Source: Campylobacterota bacterium (GTDB taxonomy: Bacteria; Campylobacterota; Campylobacteria; Campylobacterales; Nitratiruptoraceae). Taken from it: a DNA stretch of 64,000 nt. Under the pieces are notes generated by a model that worked only from the letters and a program-made list of their open reading frames with translations, had not been told where the DNA came from and searched no databases. Position 1 is the stretch's first letter. The number at the start of each line of letters is the position of its first letter. The DNA lies in assembly GCA_009659895.1 (NCBI GenBank), contig PUXX01000042.1, positions 4,209 to 68,208 of the forward strand, read 5' to 3'. Made by a program: the position numbers and the translations under genes. Below, in pieces: positions 62,026 to 64,000 of the stretch.

Positions 62026-62561
62026 CAAATCACCTCCCACCACTCATCGATAAAAAACTCTACTTTACAACTCTCAATCCCCATCTCCATCACTCCACCC
62101 TCTTTTTCATCGATCTTTTTATACTCAAAATCGATACGCTTATAAAGGGCTACTTTTCGAAGCTCATAATCGACCATCATATAGTACTCCACTCCCTCGT
62201 TCTGATATGTCTGGAATTTGATGGTCCTATCTTTTAGAGCCGTTGAAGGAGAGAGTATCTCTACAATCAGTTTTGGTGGTATACGGATAAAATCTTTGAC
62301 CTTTTGGCAGACAAGAGCGATATCGGGACGAAAGACATTGAATTCATCGATAATGTAATCAAGCTCCGCATAGACAAAACATCGCTTTGGACATTTTTTC
62401 AAAGCATTTCGTATATCGCTACTAATCGCTATCAATAAAGATTGATGAGGACCGAAGGGGCTTGGGGCCATAGCTACGGCTTCACCATTGATAAGCTCCC
62501 AATCGCCCTCCCACTGGCTATAATCTTTGTAGGTATATGGTAGTTTATACGCAAGAGCCAT
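62025..62561 (-). CDS. Uma2 family PD-(D/E)xK endonuclease (copy 1)
   Basis: WELING..MAPSP..HQ, RPD, IVEILSPST..DRTIKFQTY. Confidence 0.9.
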   Translation of the reverse strand: MALAYKLPYTYKDYSQWEGDWELINGEAVAMAPSPFGPHQSLLIAISSDIRNALKKCPKRCFVYAELDYIIDEFNVFRPDIALVCQKVKDFIRIPPKLIVEILSPSTALKDRTIKFQTYQNEGVEYYMMVDYELRKVALYKRIDFEYKKIDEKEGGVMEMGIESCKVEFFIDEWWEVI

Positions 62562-62563
62562 CG

Positions 62564-63154
62564 CTATCCCTTAAGCGTCTTGATAAGATATATTATATCC
62601 TTTTTCAAAGACCAGTTTTTGACATACTCTTTGTTGATGCGCACTTTATCGGGCCATATCACTTCGTCGTTGTATCGCTTCGGATCGTCCACTCTGGCCA
62701 AAATTTCCTCTTCGTCTTTGTATTTTATAGAGGCAGGACCTGTGATACCAGGACGCACCGAGAGGATGATACGATCCTCACCCTGGAGCCTGTCGGCATA
62801 GCCCGGTACATCAGGCCTAGGACCCACGAAGCTCATATCCCCTTTGAGAATATTGATAAGTTGAGGGAGCTCGTCGATCTTGTATTTTCTAAAAAATCTC
62901 CCACTTTTCGTGATACGCCGATCGGAAGCGGTGGTAATGGTCGTACCCTCTATGGGATACATGGTACGGATCTTGATGATTTTAAAAGGCTTACCATCCT
63001 TACCGATACGTCTTTGGAGAAAAAAGCCATTCTCTTTGGTCTCCAAAGTAGCCACGATCCATGACAGAGCGATAAGAGGGGCTGCGACCACCAGCCCCAC
63101 AGAGGCTAGCACTAGATCGAAGGCTCTTTTGACAAAGTGATCTTTGGGGCTCAT
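62564..63154 (-). CDS. Small monotopic phosphoglycosyl transferase (PglC-like)
   Basis: KRAFD, KIRTM, KIDELPQ, GDMSFVGPRP, RPGITG; start placed at MSPKD. Confidence 0.88.
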   Translation of the reverse strand: MSPKDHFVKRAFDLVLASVGLVVAAPLIALSWIVATLETKENGFFLQRRIGKDGKPFKIIKIRTMYPIEGTTITTASDRRITKSGRFFRKYKIDELPQLINILKGDMSFVGPRPDVPGYADRLQGEDRIILSVRPGITGPASIKYKDEEEILARVDDPKRYNDEVIWPDKVRINKEYVKNWSLKKDIIYLIKTLKG

Positions 63155-64000
63155 TTGAGTCTGTAGATCTTCATCCATGGACTACTGATCACCGGCTCAA
63201 AAAGCTCTTTGTCATAATCATCAAAGAAATAGAGCCTAAAAAAGAGAGAGTCGTAGTAAAAATCATCGACTATGAGTCCCTCACCGAATGATTGGTTGAT
63301 GATGACGCTGAGACCTTGATCGTGGATAGGCTGACGCTTGATGTGGGTTTTACCCTCTTGATCAAATGTGACGACATCAAAATTTTTGACCGGCAGGCTT
63401 TTGTTGCCTATATGGATCATCGCCTTTTGCAGATCGACCATAATGCTACCAATATAGAGTTTATTCCCCCTTTGTCTGATCCCTTTTTTATAAAAAAAGT
63501 GCCTGGGATAGCGTTTGCCACTATTGAGATCCCTTTGGCTAAACATAATCACGGTCGGAAAGATATTGAGCATACGATGTGGAAACATGAGATAGATATC
63601 TTGACTTAGGTTCTGGTCGATCTTGGAAGCTGAGAGCTCTTCGAAAAAGCTCTCCACATCGATAGGCTTGCCATCTTTGATAAAGAGCTGAGGTGCTACG
63701 GTGCGGTTGGTCTCCACGTAGGTCTTGATGGAGAGTTTGGAGAGGTTATAGGCTAGAGTCTGATCAGAGGTGGAGAGGACTTTAGAGACAATGAAGTTGT
63801 CTTCATTGTGTTTCCCCCCATCGATGAGAGTATTTAGATGCGCATAGTACCAGATAGGATAGCCATAGTCCCACCATGTAATCACATAATCCTTAGGGTC
63901 GCTTTGTTTGCTCAATCTATCTAGCAGCTCCACTTCGCTTTTGTAAAAGGTCGTGGGCGTGAGGTAAGGTCGGCTCTTGATCGGATAAAAGGAGCGAATA
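63151..64000 (-). CDS. pglB: Oligosaccharyltransferase PglB/STT3, C-terminal part (5' end lies beyond the window)
   Basis: TWWDYGY, TLIDGGKH; frame is open to the window edge. Confidence 0.93.
   Translation of the reverse strand, partial: IRSFYPIKSRPYLTPTTFYKSEVELLDRLSKQSDPKDYVITWWDYGYPIWYYAHLNTLIDGGKHNEDNFIVSKVLSTSDQTLAYNLSKLSIKTYVETNRTVAPQLFIKDGKPIDVESFFEELSASKIDQNLSQDIYLMFPHRMLNIFPTVIMFSQRDLNSGKRYPRHFFYKKGIRQRGNKLYIGSIMVDLQKAMIHIGNKSLPVKNFDVVTFDQEGKTHIKRQPIHDQGLSVIINQSFGEGLIVDDFYYDSLFFRLYFFDDYDKELFEPVISSPWMKIYRLK

Overview
A gene-dense, mostly core-genome segment of a Campylobacterota (epsilonproteobacterial) chromosome. Gene order and TGnTAnAAT extended -10 promoters support this; a Nitratiruptor/Sulfurovum-like lineage is inferred, not shown. 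Housekeeping content: class II DAHP synthase, recR, dnaJ, fused ccsBA, polA, uvrA, the dusB-rlmH-accD block, gltBD, recO, ttcA, mtnN, fabD, slyD, tol-pal, the F1+b/b' atp block, parAB, birA, fmt, truD, proB, obgE, rpmA, rplU, ridA and dapE. Less ordinary parts: (i) an exosortase-H-like gene with a 1-nt frameshift plus its partner membrane protein at the left edge; (ii) an M20 amidohydrolase overlapping an RsbW-like HATPase/GNAT fusion; (iii) a small four-Cys protein coupled to a pentaheme cytochrome c; (iv) an IGHMBP2/Upf1-like helicase with a possible CTG start; (v) a pglB glycosylation locus with two different priming transferases and a tandem pair of Uma2 nucleases, while several exported proteins in the window carry D/E-X-N-X-S/T sequons; (vi) several intergenic hairpins. 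No rRNA, tRNA, CRISPR array or transposase was recognised. All calls come from reading motifs by eye; no database searches were run.
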